Part shown: piece after piece, positions 1 through 12,402 of the stretch | Position numbering within the stretch: the stretch's first letter is position 1 | Layout: every line of letters begins with the position of its first letter | DNA from: Paraphysomonas bandaiensis | Lineage: Eukaryota > Protista > Chrysophyceae | Direction: 5' to 3' | Assembly: GCA_965644295.1 (NCBI GenBank) | Contig: CBFFRP010000352.1 | Span: 186,001-250,000, forward strand | Length of the DNA stretch: 64,000 bases | Position numbers and translations under genes: made by a program | The notes under the pieces: generated by a model | Told to the model about the DNA's origin: nothing | The model's input: the letters and a program-made list of their open reading frames with translations, nothing else | Database searches by the model: none

Positions 1-3000
1 CGATCAAGGATAACATAATTGGATATAAAGTAGGCTGACCCAAACCATAAGCCAACAGACAGCATCAAAATTACGATGTGGACAACATGCCACTGTGCCG
101 TCAAAAAAGACACCTGTGTTCATACGTTAAGCAGAGTTTCATAACTAGGCATCATCTGAAAAACCTTTACATTCGCCAGAACTATGATAACTGTATAGGT
201 AAGAGCGCCCGACTCCCAAAATGTTTCCAGCATCCCCATTTCCGAAAAATGTAGTAAAAGGAAAACAGAGAAGTAGGATATAACAACTGAGTCAAAAATA
301 GCATTCCATATTTGAAACCAAAAGAGAAATACCTACAAATTATCAGAAAAATCCTTCAGTGCAGGCAAATACTACTTACATTGAAATACTCGTTATCTAT
401 TCCTGACTGGTATAATTGCGGAAAGCGATATACTAACGCTATAGGTACATCCATATCGTATATTCCCACCAGCAGAATAGGAAGGGATGTGTACAAGAGA
501 TTGTAGAACTGAATACTTCCTTCTGTGTATATTTTCTGCCCTGCAGATTATAAACTCAGGCACGTATTACTATAATCTACATAAAATACCCGAGAATCCA
601 TTCATCCAAGAAAACCAAAAGTGACAAATACTCATCATGACATTCTTGTAAAACATATATATAATAAGCTTTGACATGCGGATGTAGTTGTATCTTCCGT
701 GCTTAAGAAGCAACACCGCAAGGAAGCGGAATTGGGCAATGGCGTAGTCCGAAGCATTGGTCGCCTGCAAACCTTCTTCACCTCTTATCCCAACTCCGAT
801 GTGAGCCTCTTGGATCATAGCAACATCATTTGCTCCATCGCCAATAGACAAAGTGCGTACACCTTGAACACCATTTTTTATCATATTTACCATTTCCCTC
901 TTTTGATCGGGTGAAACTCTACAGAGACATCTTATAACGCAAGTCAAAACAGATTAGCAGTGCATGTACCTGCATCCAACTACTGCTTTGCACATTTGAC
1001 TAAATTCTAGCAACGCATCTTTAGCCCCTCCTGGCTTGTCATCAGCCATAATTCCAAGAAGTGTCGGACCATCAATAATGAGAGCTCGTGGCATAACATC
1101 ACAGTTTCCTTTCTCCTCTTGCTCGCGAATCATGTCCTACATAGCAAACGTAAGTCACATAAGACAAAACGGACAGCTAGAATACCGATCGCTCCACTGT
1201 AAGCAACGATACACAGGCAGATAGTGACGGAGCGGTGTTGTTGTTCACAATAATGTGTTTCATGTATTCTTTTGGAAGTACTAGGTTACATGCTACAGCA
1301 ATATTGATAGCTGTTTCTTCTTTGTCGCCTGTCAGTACCCAAATATTAATTCCTGCTTTAGCAAGCTGAGAAATGGCCTCAGGCACTCCGTCTTGTAGCT
1401 TATCCTCGATTGCTGTTGCTCCAACAAGAGTGATGTTTTGTTCAATTTCATCTTCTGCCTCCTCGATTTTGTTCGGAAGCCCTTTCTTTTTCTTCTCAAG
1501 CTCATCGAGACTTGTGGAGCAGTTGTTATATTTCTCACTCCAGGACTGGTATTCTCTTTCGTCTAGCTCCTTGAAGCCGATCAATAGGCAGCGTAAGCCT
1601 TCTGATGCATACTGACGCATATGGTCGTCAGTTCTATGAAAAAGTTCATCCTGACCAGGATGAAGACGAGGCACCATAGTAGAGTCTGCACCCTTTATTA
1701 CCATGTGAATTGTTCCGTCTGGGTTCTTGACGATGACCGACATTCGCTTGCGTTTAGACGTAAATCCGATTACTTCGAGCACTTCCACCCGCTCTTCCTT
1801 CCCTTCCATTTTGATTATGGCGTACTTTTCCTGCTTATCCACAAATTCAGCTCCAAAGTATTTGGCAGCTATTACCAGGCATTCATCGTCCGGATTGGAC
1901 GCAGAAAGTTTAATCTTGCCATCAATACGTTCTGGAATGGTATCATGACAGAGAGACAGGACACGGAAAAACTGCCTGATTTTGGTTCCCTGTTTATCAC
2001 TTTTCTTCTTATCTGTGTCGAACTTAGGATCATAGAATGATACATGCGGCACTGATGCCTTCTTAGCATTCTCCTCTCCGTCAATTACATCTTGAGGTAG
2101 ATCCTTTCCTTGCAGCTTCCAGGATGCCTTCCCGATTTCAGTAATGCCTTGTCCGTACGAAACGCCATTGATACTTGCCTTCCTGAAGTCCATCACGTTG
2201 CAAGTTAATGTGCCAGTCTTATCGGAAAAAATATGGGATATTTGCCCCAGCTCCTCATTTAGAGTCATCGTCCGAACCACGGCAGGGGTGTCTGTCTTCT
2301 CGTAGTACATCTCCATGTCATTGTTCATGAAATATGATTGAAAGAATCGTATTAATGTCATGGACACATACAGAGACACGGGGATGAAGGTCGCATGTAA
2401 GAGGAAAAAGTAGAAGTACTGGACAATGAAATACTCCCCATAGTTGATACTTCCCCAATCAAAATACCAAGCTTCCTTGACATTATATTCAATGTTCCAT
2501 ATTAGTGACCCCACTGCACCTACGAAACACACAGAGGCAAGCAGATACACCATATGAACCACCTCGATGGAAGCGAGTGTATCAAGCTGAGATGATTTGG
2601 ATGGGGTTTGCGCTGCACTCATAAGAATCTTAGTATGGTGGCCAGTATTCACCACACACCCTATTATCCAGTCTGTGTTACGCAACACGCATCCACGCAA
2701 AATCACGTTCTGAGGCAGGATTGGTTCACGCCCAACTCCCTCGATCTCGATGACACCAGTAAATGAATCAATGACCTTGTTAGGGTGTTCCATTTCGATT
2801 TTCCCCTTCAGATGTTGCACATAGGAAAAGCTCTTGCACTACATTCATGAAATCATAAAGCCATTGCGTCACGTTGTAGTGTATAATCTTACCTCTGACA
2901 GTGTACCCGGTAAAGCTTGTCTGACCTTTAAGTTAGTTTCGCCATCCAGTGACTTCGTCTCCACATAGCACATCCCCATTGGCGGGGAAGTTTTCTCTGC

Positions 3001-3519
3001 AACACCAATAACAACGAGATCGGCAGGAATTTTCTCTCGACTATGGATCTGTACGAAGTCTCCAACTTCCAGATCTGACCACTTGAGGTCTTCCAGTTCC
3101 TTGTTGTGAATATCGTACCTCTTCACGTAAGTCGAATTCGCCTCCTTGTCAGCTTTATGACGAGAATAATCTTCCAGTGCAGCAAATATACTATCAACAA
3201 CCACTACAAATGTTAAGGGTATCATGACGGTGGGGTATCCCTCTGTGTTGGTGATAGCCGGCACTGTTTGCAAAATAGCAATTAAAAGAAAGTAACAATT
3301 CGCTACTTTCGTCTTTGGATTGAATTCTTCCATTAGAAATCGAGGAATGAAATTGTACCACTCATACTTTGATGTTTTGACAAAGTTATTTGGAAATATA
3401 TACTCCTGCGCTCGCCCGACATTCACCACTCGATTGGGGCGCTCCTGCAGGTCCTCTTCGCTCGGATTCGGCCAGTTGCGAGGAAGTGAAGGCTTCTTAT
3501 TTGAGTCGTTACTCGCCAT
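1..3519 (-). CDS. P4-type ATPase (phospholipid flippase); multi-exon, 3' end runs off the window
   Basis: Motifs DGETNLK (actuator), FIPVSLYVS (TM4), DKTGTLT (phosphorylation site), LTGDK and IGDGANDVAM. GT-AG introns near 2840-2893, 1137-1185 and 918-968 rejoin the ORF fragments in frame (e.g. VVGCR|VSPDQK). Confidence 0.97.
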
Positions 3520-3921
3520 TGAGGACTGAGAGAACGATATGCGATATGTACCGCTAACGAGTTGTGTATGTGCACACCTCTAACAGCTAAGCAGGCCCAT
3601 CTAGCACACCTGTATATGATGATACACACATACTCCTGCAGTCATACCGCTCTGTTCCACGCAGTTTTTCTATACTTGCCAGTCTTTTTATGTGGATACG
3701 GGGTACCAAAAAAGGGGATATTTCAGGAAGAAATGAAATATATACAGAGTACACACAGAGTATACCATACCCATATGGTATACCTGGTATATGTATACAG
3801 AGTGGTCTATACAGAGTGGGATCTATTGTCACACTGCTGGCCACCGGTATACTGCTGTTGGTATACAGCAGTAGGAATTCCTACAGCAATTGGATTTGGA
3901 ATACTTGTGTAGATACTGCTG

Positions 3922-4442
3922 TACATACATACATACATACATACATACATACATACATACATACATACATACATACATACATACATACATACATACATAC
4001 ATACATACATACATACATACATACATACATACATACATACATACATACATACATACATACATACATACATACATACATACATACATACATACATACATAC
4101 ATACATACATACATACATACATACATACATACATACATACATACATACATACATACATACATACATACATAGATACATACATAGATACATACACACATAC
4201 ATACATACATACATACATACATACATACATACATACATACATACATACATACATACATACATACATACATACATACATACATACATACATACATACATAC
4301 ATACATACATACATACATACATACATACATACATACATACATACATACATACATACATACATACATACATACATACATACATACATACATACATACATAC
4401 ATACATACATACATACATACATACATACATACATACATACAT
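3922..4442. repeat. (TACA)n tetranucleotide microsatellite, about 130 units
   Basis: Directly visible, with a few TAGA/CACA variant units near 4171-4196. It accounts for the spurious MYVC/HTYI ORFs. Confidence 0.99.
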
Positions 4443-4717
4443 GCCGTTCGCATTGTTGGTAGGTCGTGGGACGGTTACTTGATACTCTTCTATGTGTATC
4501 AATGTATATATAGAAAGAACAAACTGGTGCTATTTCAACTCGTCATACGTACTTGGTGATATTGTGGGTCCTTTTATTCGCTTTATTGCATTAATCTCTC
4601 TTGAGGGCTGTATATCTGTACATCAGGAGCTGTGTCTGTGTATCGGACAACTGCATGGGGACTGTACAAGTACTTGACCTTCCAGTATATTAGATTATTA
4701 CGTCACTGGGTGTCGTC

Positions 4718-7700
4718 ATGGACGAACTGTCTGTGGATGGATTGGGGATGCCCCAGAAGCTGATGACTGTAAGTATTGAGAAGCGGTCATCGAGGACCTC
4801 TACCTTTACGCGCCCCAGCACTGCTCCGAATCTGGAATCTTCCAGTTCCTGTTCCGATCTGGCCGGTATAGGCTACTCTCCTGATCCATCAGTACTTTCC
4901 CCTCCCAAATTAAAGTCAGTACGCCATTCTCCTCCGAAAGCTGTATACAAGTTAGACCCTGATCTCAGTGGTACTAATATCCCGTTGACACAGCACTCCC
5001 GCCCTCGCACCGAGGGGTCAATGTCCAAACGTCGTACACCTGAAATAGTATCGCACAATAGGCCTCACACATCGGTTCAGAAGAGTGTGCGGCATACTTT
5101 TCGAGGTCAGAGGTCACCCGGTAAGGCCCAAGTAAGACCTTCGTCCACAAGGGCTGTGGGTTTAGAGACTAGTCATAAGCATTCTAGTCAACGAACGCAG
5201 TCTAATATCACATCTGTACAATCTGGCTCGAAGGAAGATGATCGCACTATGTCGGGCGATAGTTATGATGAGGTTTGTATGGAGTACAGCCACTACATAA
5301 ACCCTCGTGATCTCAATGGAGTTGGTGAGGGCGGTCTGGAAGGATCAGGTGCTGACACTGACCAACATTACGGGTCCGTTTCGGATGGTTTCAGCTGCTC
5401 CGAGGATAATCTGAATGCATCACCAGCACCATCATCTCTGCCATCGAGTCATTTGGGGCGATCACCATCCCTGGAAGTTCATCATAATTCCACCTACCAC
5501 GAAGCGCGACACACAGCTTATACAAATCTCTCAGAGCGAGATCAAGGAGCCCTGCGACTAGGTCGATTGGTGATCAGCACTGTCCTGAATCAACCGGAAG
5601 TGACGGTACCAGATTCAGTTAGTAGGTTTTTTACGGATCTATGGCTGGCGAAGAATGGGAGCTCGGTGAACAAGGCGGATAGCACGAGCATATCCCTGAT
5701 GAGCAGCCTACAGCGGTCCATAACTGAGTATGAACCTGGGGATGATCCAACAGCATCACATACTGCCTCGTGCCAAAAGTCTGTAGCTGCTATCGCTTGC
5801 GAAGCGCTAGATACTCTGATAGCCGTTTTTGGACAAGCTAATCCAGTTCTAGCAGATATTCGGGCAGCTCTTCTTCCCGTGATATTCTTTAATCCCCCAT
5901 CCTATAGCGAAGAACTGGAACGTGGCTCTGATGGGTCAGAGATCAGACCACTGACGGGTAAGGCTTACATGGACCTTCCAACATGGTGCGAAGATGCAGC
6001 ACTTATTGTACAAGACCTCCGTGACACGGAGAACATTTTAGAGGAAGAGCGGCAGGCTCATATCAAGACTACAGCTGATCGTGATCTTTATAAAGAAAAA
6101 TACAAAGAAGTAGAGTGCGAAAGGGGGGAGAGTCAGAGCAAGCTTATAATTATGCAACGTGACAATGAGCGTCTTAAAGATATGACCAGAGAATTAAAAT
6201 CAGTGCACGCACAGCTCACAGAGAAATATGACACGCTAGAGGCTTCCTATAACGTGGATAAGAAGAAATTTCAGAAAGACCACTTATTGAGTTCGCAACT
6301 TGCTACTAAATGTAAGGAGTACCAAGATAAGCTTTTTGATGTTAACAATCAGAGAAGAAGACTGGAGGAGGAAAATTCTACAAGAGAAAGAGACATTAAG
6401 CGCATCAAGTCTGAGATGGAGTCGCTTGAATCAAAGCTGTTAGATTCAATGAATGCTGCTGACGAGGCCTCTCGGTCTCTTGAGAAGACCAGGATGTGTT
6501 TTGAGGAGGCTGATTTGTACAGAACAGTCCAGAAAGCGAGAAACCGAAAGTCAATTCGCCGTATTCATGAGGAGATGGCAGACAAAGATTCTCCCGTAAA
6601 ATTGAGCATGGAGGTGAGAAATATGATGCGAGGTTCGGACCCTGATATCCTCGCTATCTTGGAGCAATGGAACTCGGAACTATTAATGCGTAACAAAGAA
6701 TTAGAATTACAGCTCGTTGATACGTCTGTGGACGATATTATCAAGCTACGACTTAAAGAACGAGAGGACATTCATAAGGAAGAAATTAAAGGAATGATTC
6801 GCACCCATAATAGCGCGATTGAAGCACTTCGGAAGCAGAAAGATGCTGAAATTAAACATTTAAAAGAGTCAATTGACACTATTCGAAGTGACCTTTTTGA
6901 AAACCAGATTGAGAGAAATGGTATTGACTCACAGTTGAAAGCTGCCAAGACTCAAATTAAAGTTCTTGAAAGAAAGTATGATGCAATGAAGTTAGAATGG
7001 GAAAAGAAAACTCTAACTTCAACAACCACAAAGCTTTGTTTGCAAGATCGAGCGGATATGCTCACCGAAGATACGATGTATGAGGTGTTACTGCGAGAAA
7101 CAAAGGTTTTGGCAGCGGAGCAAAATGATTCTATATGTTCCCTAGAGGCTGCTATTGATAGACTGAAAGAAAAAAATATACGTAAGTGAAGTAGGCAGCA
7201 TTTACTGAATGCCATTCGTTTATCGCGTGTATTTTAGGTCTTGAGGAAAAGCTGTCGGACGCATTTACTGAACTGTCGGAGAAAGCGCTAGAGTTGGACG
7301 AAATTCGCGTCGTAGCGAAGGAGTCGCAAGCTGAGGTCGTATCTCTGGAACAGAGAATCGAGGAGTTGAATCAACCTAGTAGGCGCGAAATATTCCTTGA
7401 ACGGGAAAACTCACAACTGAGAAACGATGTTGCCAGACTCGAAGAAGCATTCACGAAAACTAACATGGAGTTGAAAGCGATGTCTCTAAGTAGATCTCGT
7501 CAACAACAAGTCTTGGATATATTGTGTATGGATTATGAGTCATACGTAGGCTATTTGCGCCGAGATTATGATTTTGCGCGTTCTTCAAGTGAGCTACAGC
7601 TCAATGAGTTGTGTGTTGCTCGCGATGACAACATCAAACTCAGCAAAAGTTTAATGGCAAGATTAGAGGAGTGTGAGAGACAGGTAATGAATAGAGAGGA

Positions 7701-10700
7701 AGAGAGAACACGAGCTGCAAACATGATGCTGGCGATAAACAGGGTAATATCTATGTTACTGATGCACTTGAATGCACTCAAAAATATATGCAGTCCTTCT
7801 CCCCGATGGCAAGTTTAAACGAAAATGACCCCCTGATCGACATAAAATCGGCAGAATCGTTGGATATTTGTGAGGAACTGGAGAAAGAAATAGCTGCCCA
7901 CAAGAAAACTAAGGTCTATCGTTTAATTTTGCATATGTGCCTCAATCACAATTATATAAAGGAAAAGTATAAGGCTATGTTGTCGTCTGAAGTCTGGAAA
8001 AATACTACTTTGAAGACGACAAATGAAGAAGTTTTATTAAAATATGAAGAGGCATCTGCGAAATTATGTGATGTTATTGCAGACCGAGATGAAGCGCGAC
8101 AAGAACTGGAACTCTCCATATTGACCACAAGGGAACTGACAGAGAATGTTTTCATGATGAAATGTGATTTTGAGTCCGCAGTTTGCTACCATTTTTCAGA
8201 AAAGGTTGATAAATGTGTAAACACAGACCCAATATCACACAATCAGATTTTTGAGAATATCAAGCAACTGGACACTGTCAGAGTCGAAACGGAATCCACG
8301 AGATCGACTGACGATACAGCTGATGCTCTGCATGTTGCGGAGTTCGAAGGTCATGTTACCACAGAAAACATCTCGAGTAAGTCTGAGGAGAACAAACGAT
8401 TTTCGGCTGTATCGAAGGATTTAAAGGTCCCATCTAAAGGTGTACCACGGACGCGCATTTCGGTAAAACAGTCCAGTAAAATACAAAAAAGGATGTCAGA
8501 GCTAAAGCGAGATAAACCAAAATTGAAGCGTGGAAAAATTGACGATCGACACACCGCAAGCGATAACGAAAAACTAAATGATAGTGACAATGATTCAGCC
8601 GCCAATTCTCCAGTACAAAGTCCTGCCGATGGATCAAGTGTTGGTTTGGCTAGCACTTCTCATACTACTACATATTCTGGTACACATCATAATCAAGACA
8701 GAAATGAAACTCCGATAAAATCAACCTTGTCGCATTTTGAACTCAAAAAACGAAAGCAAAACGAGAAGCAGTCATTGTCTGACGGTCAGGTATCAGCATC
8801 ATGTATCACGCCAGCACCACCCGATATTGTCACCAATGAGACTGATGACCAGTTACTTCGTACTGGGGTAGAAATTGGAGATTTGGATGGCGTTCAGCTA
8901 GTTGGTGGTGAGTCTGTTATGGATGTATATAGAGCTAGTTCTAAACTTCATGACGAAATCTTCGACGAAGGCGAACTGGATTCAGATTTAGCTTCACGCT
9001 ACTCTCTCTGCACATGCGAATCTGTAGATTTGAATGAAGCTGGGAACTCACCTTCAAAATCGCCAGCTGGTAGTGTTTCAAATGCCGGCGGTGGTGATAG
9101 GTCCTCCGATGAAGCTGAATATAGAGCCCGAGAATTGGCAGATGTGTTTAAAACAGGAAATTTTTTTGACACTTCTATCGCCTCAAAATCATCACATAAT
9201 TATTTCTTCGAAATCCTAGAGCGACGGGAACGAAGAAATATATTTGAAAACCAACGTCTGCGCATGATGTTACGGGAGGCTGCGGGCCTCGTTAATAGAA
9301 CAGAAGTTCGCATCGCCGAATTATCTTCCTCGATATTAGAGAGCATGGGCGGTCTTTCGTCTCCAGTGGGTCTGATAATGGATGATATACGATCAGATTT
9401 TCTTGACAGTAAATGGATTTTTAGTGTGAAGCCGGAGCATTTGATAGAGGTACTTTTTCGGCTTCCTTGTTATGATTTTCTGAGATGATAGTATTATTAT
9501 GTTATAGAACCAAGTTCTCAAAGATGCTGTTTTTATTGGAGGCGCAATGATGTCGTCTGCGTCGTACACTGACGACTTGATAAGCTTGGATCATATGAAA
9601 TCGGCAGTATCTGATAATAACATAATTAGAAGCCTTGAAGGCATGGAACACAAAGTTCAAGAGTTAAAAAAATCATCGGAAAAGCGTGCACGGCTTGGTC
9701 GCCCCTCTGACGGCAAGGGCGGGTGGAGATCTGTTTTGTATCGAACTGATGGCACGGTTGATGCGAATATGTTACTATCTGGGTGGAGTAGAAAAGAGAA
9801 GAACGAAATATATTCAGAAATGGTACTACATTGTGGCTCATAATGTGTTATATAACTGTGGATTAGGTCGCAGGAATGGTCCAGGAGCGAGACGATAAAG
9901 ATAGGTTACTATACAAAGAAATCAGCCATTTGAAAACTGTTATTACCAACAACGAGGCAAGGATTAATGAACAGAAATCTTTTGAAGAAGAGCTAATGAG
10001 ACAAATCAATGAATTAAAAAGGAGTACCGTTGACGAAAATGTTCATCGAACTTTAATAGAATATATATCAGATGTTACTGCTTTTATAAATGAATTGACA
10101 TCACCTGACTCCACATCACGTAGTGCAGATTCGCCATCGGGGAGACCCAACTACTCACCAGGAAAAAGTACAGCTATTTCGTGCATAGGTAGAGATGCTC
10201 AGAGTTTTGAATTTCCCACGGGCTCACCACAATCCCCACTCCGAATGAAGCAACCAATGTCACGGAATTCAAGTCCCTCAGGGATTCGGCCAGAGGAGCC
10301 GCCGCCACGCATCGACCAGATAGGAGCAGGGAAAGAAAAGCTGTTCTCGAATAACGCTACCTGCTCAGTCAGAGACACACGGGGACTAGGTGGTGGAGGA
10401 TATGGCGATGCACCTAGTTCGACCAACATCTACGGCAACCCTGGGGTTCTTTGGCGACGGGTGTTGCAAAGAAAACGTGCAGAAAATGCTATAGCTCGTG
10501 TGAGGCATTGTCGAGGGAGTAAATACGGTGAAGTAAACGCTTCTGATCACTTGAAAAGTTTTTCTTTGGAATTGAACCCTCATCCATCGAAGTTGCCACA
10601 TGAAGAACTTGTGCACTCTAGCCTGTCATGTCAGACTCAAGCATCTCAGGAGAGTATGAAGTCAGATGCTTCTTGCTCACAAGATGACAGACAAAGGCAG

Positions 10701-11402
10701 GTTCATACACTGATGAGCGATCTTAGCATTGCATGTGACAGCTTGGCAGAAAAAGTATTATTTCCTTGGGGAATCGATGTTAATTGTCCTGGTAAGAGCG
10801 ATATGGCACGCGAATGTGGAGGAATATTAATTTATGACGGGAGTGAACTATCGCTTGGATCGGGGTTGCATACAAATAAGAGTATTGAATCCCAGGATGC
10901 GCTTTCGTTGTCGCCAGATATATTACATCGAGCTTCTAAAATTAATGCCGCCATCAATTTTCATCACGAAGCGGTTAAGGTATTACAGGAACAGCAGGCC
11001 TCTATATTTGACCACAATTTGGATAGACTATCCCTGGATGCAGAGCGCTACTATGCGGCGTCTATCAAAAGAACATATGCCCCGGATACCATTATCAAAT
11101 GGGGGGCTGCCTTTGTAGAAGGCTCGGGATCAAAATTTGTACAAAATTTAGTTCACCATGACCGCTCTTCAGGTGGGTGCGCTGTTGATAAGAACGTTAC
11201 AGGTATACGCAACGACCAGGAATTTCCGGTCATCGAAAAGCGACAAATTGGTGTGCGTCCTTGTACTGCTGATAAATCTGATTCGTTTGAAAGTAGAACT
11301 GAAAGGCCGCGATTTTTAGCCCTTCCAGATTTCAGACAAAAGTCTGCACCTTCAACAGCACAGATACCGTACTTTGTTCGCAAGGCCTCACAAAAAAAGT
11401 GA
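4718..11402 (+). CDS. Large uncharacterised coiled-coil / low-complexity protein (~2,100 aa, multi-exon)
   Basis: ORFs at 4718, 7294, 7788, 9547 and 9876 join in frame across short GT-AG introns (near 7182-7237, 7745-7794, 9450-9507, 9823-9866). Long E/K/L/R heptad-rich segments with Ser/Pro-rich termini. Confidence 0.85.
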
Positions 11403-11764
11403 TTTCACGTTATTTAATATTTGTATTTTATTTTCAAGATATATCCAGTAGTTATTTATTTGTTGCTTGTGCCAGATATGATATGGGTGGGTCATATAGT
11501 CATTAACGAGTAGTTTAATGAGTCGTTTTTTATCAGTTTATTACTTTTTTGGTAGAGACGAAGAAAAACAGCAAGTAAAAACAATTAGTACTGAGTAGCA
11601 CTATTTTGGAGAAATCTTCGTGCGAACTATATGGGTCCATTACATTCCTATTTTTTAGACTTTCTGCATTCTACATGGCATAGACAAGGGTTCACTCCTT
11701 AAAATCCTATCATATACATCTCTAATAGACCAGAGTCTTTGGCTGGTCTTACTCTGTGTCAGGC

Positions 11765-12010
11765 TCTCAGCAAAGTCCGACTCGCACCTTTTCCTGGTGT
11801 TCTGGGGAGTAAGTACTGGAGATGTATATATAGTCAGCAGATATTTTTCTGCCCACTCATAGCCAAATTCTTGTGTGGGCAGTAGCTAATCAGTGTCACT
11901 TGTGTATTGTGTAGTCGCTTTCGGCCCTGACGAATAAAGAGGCACCCCGGAATGGTACTTTTTCAATGGCATTTTAGCAGGTGTTGTACATCTCTAACTT
12001 GCAAGGCGTC
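11765..12010 (-). repeat. Fragment of a dispersed repeat family, inverted relative to the 28480-29020 copy
   Basis: Blocks such as ACTCGCACCTTTTC, AGTCAGCAGATAT, CCCACTCATAGCCAAAT, AGTGTCACT and ACGAATAAA match the reverse complement of about 28780-29015 in order. Confidence 0.85.
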
Positions 12011-12402
12011 TATTCTAGCTATAATATTTTATATTTCTAGTTATGTAATAACCATAAAATTAAACGCTTACAACGACAAAGAGAGTTTTATTTTTTTGCC
12101 ATCACTGTAACTTTTGTATGGTAACAGTTTATAGAACTTAGCACCAAGCGCACCAAGGAATAAACTACACAATTATTGAAATTCTCTAACACACAAGGGC
12201 GATTAGATTTATTGATCAATTCATGGACAGTAAATACGATTAACCATGGGTCAAAGCCAAAGTATAGGCCTTATATATAAATTTCTGAATTATTATTGGA
12301 GCCAGTTGACAGGCACCACTTGACATGGAATTATATTAATTAGTTCACACACAATTCACCGCTAGCACCGTCATGATGCTAGCCAGAAGGGCGTAAATAC
12401 GG

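Noticed and set aside
3690-4502. ORFs encoding (MYVC)n and (HTYI)n
   Set aside because: They are translations of the (TACA)n microsatellite, which is open in several frames on both strands.
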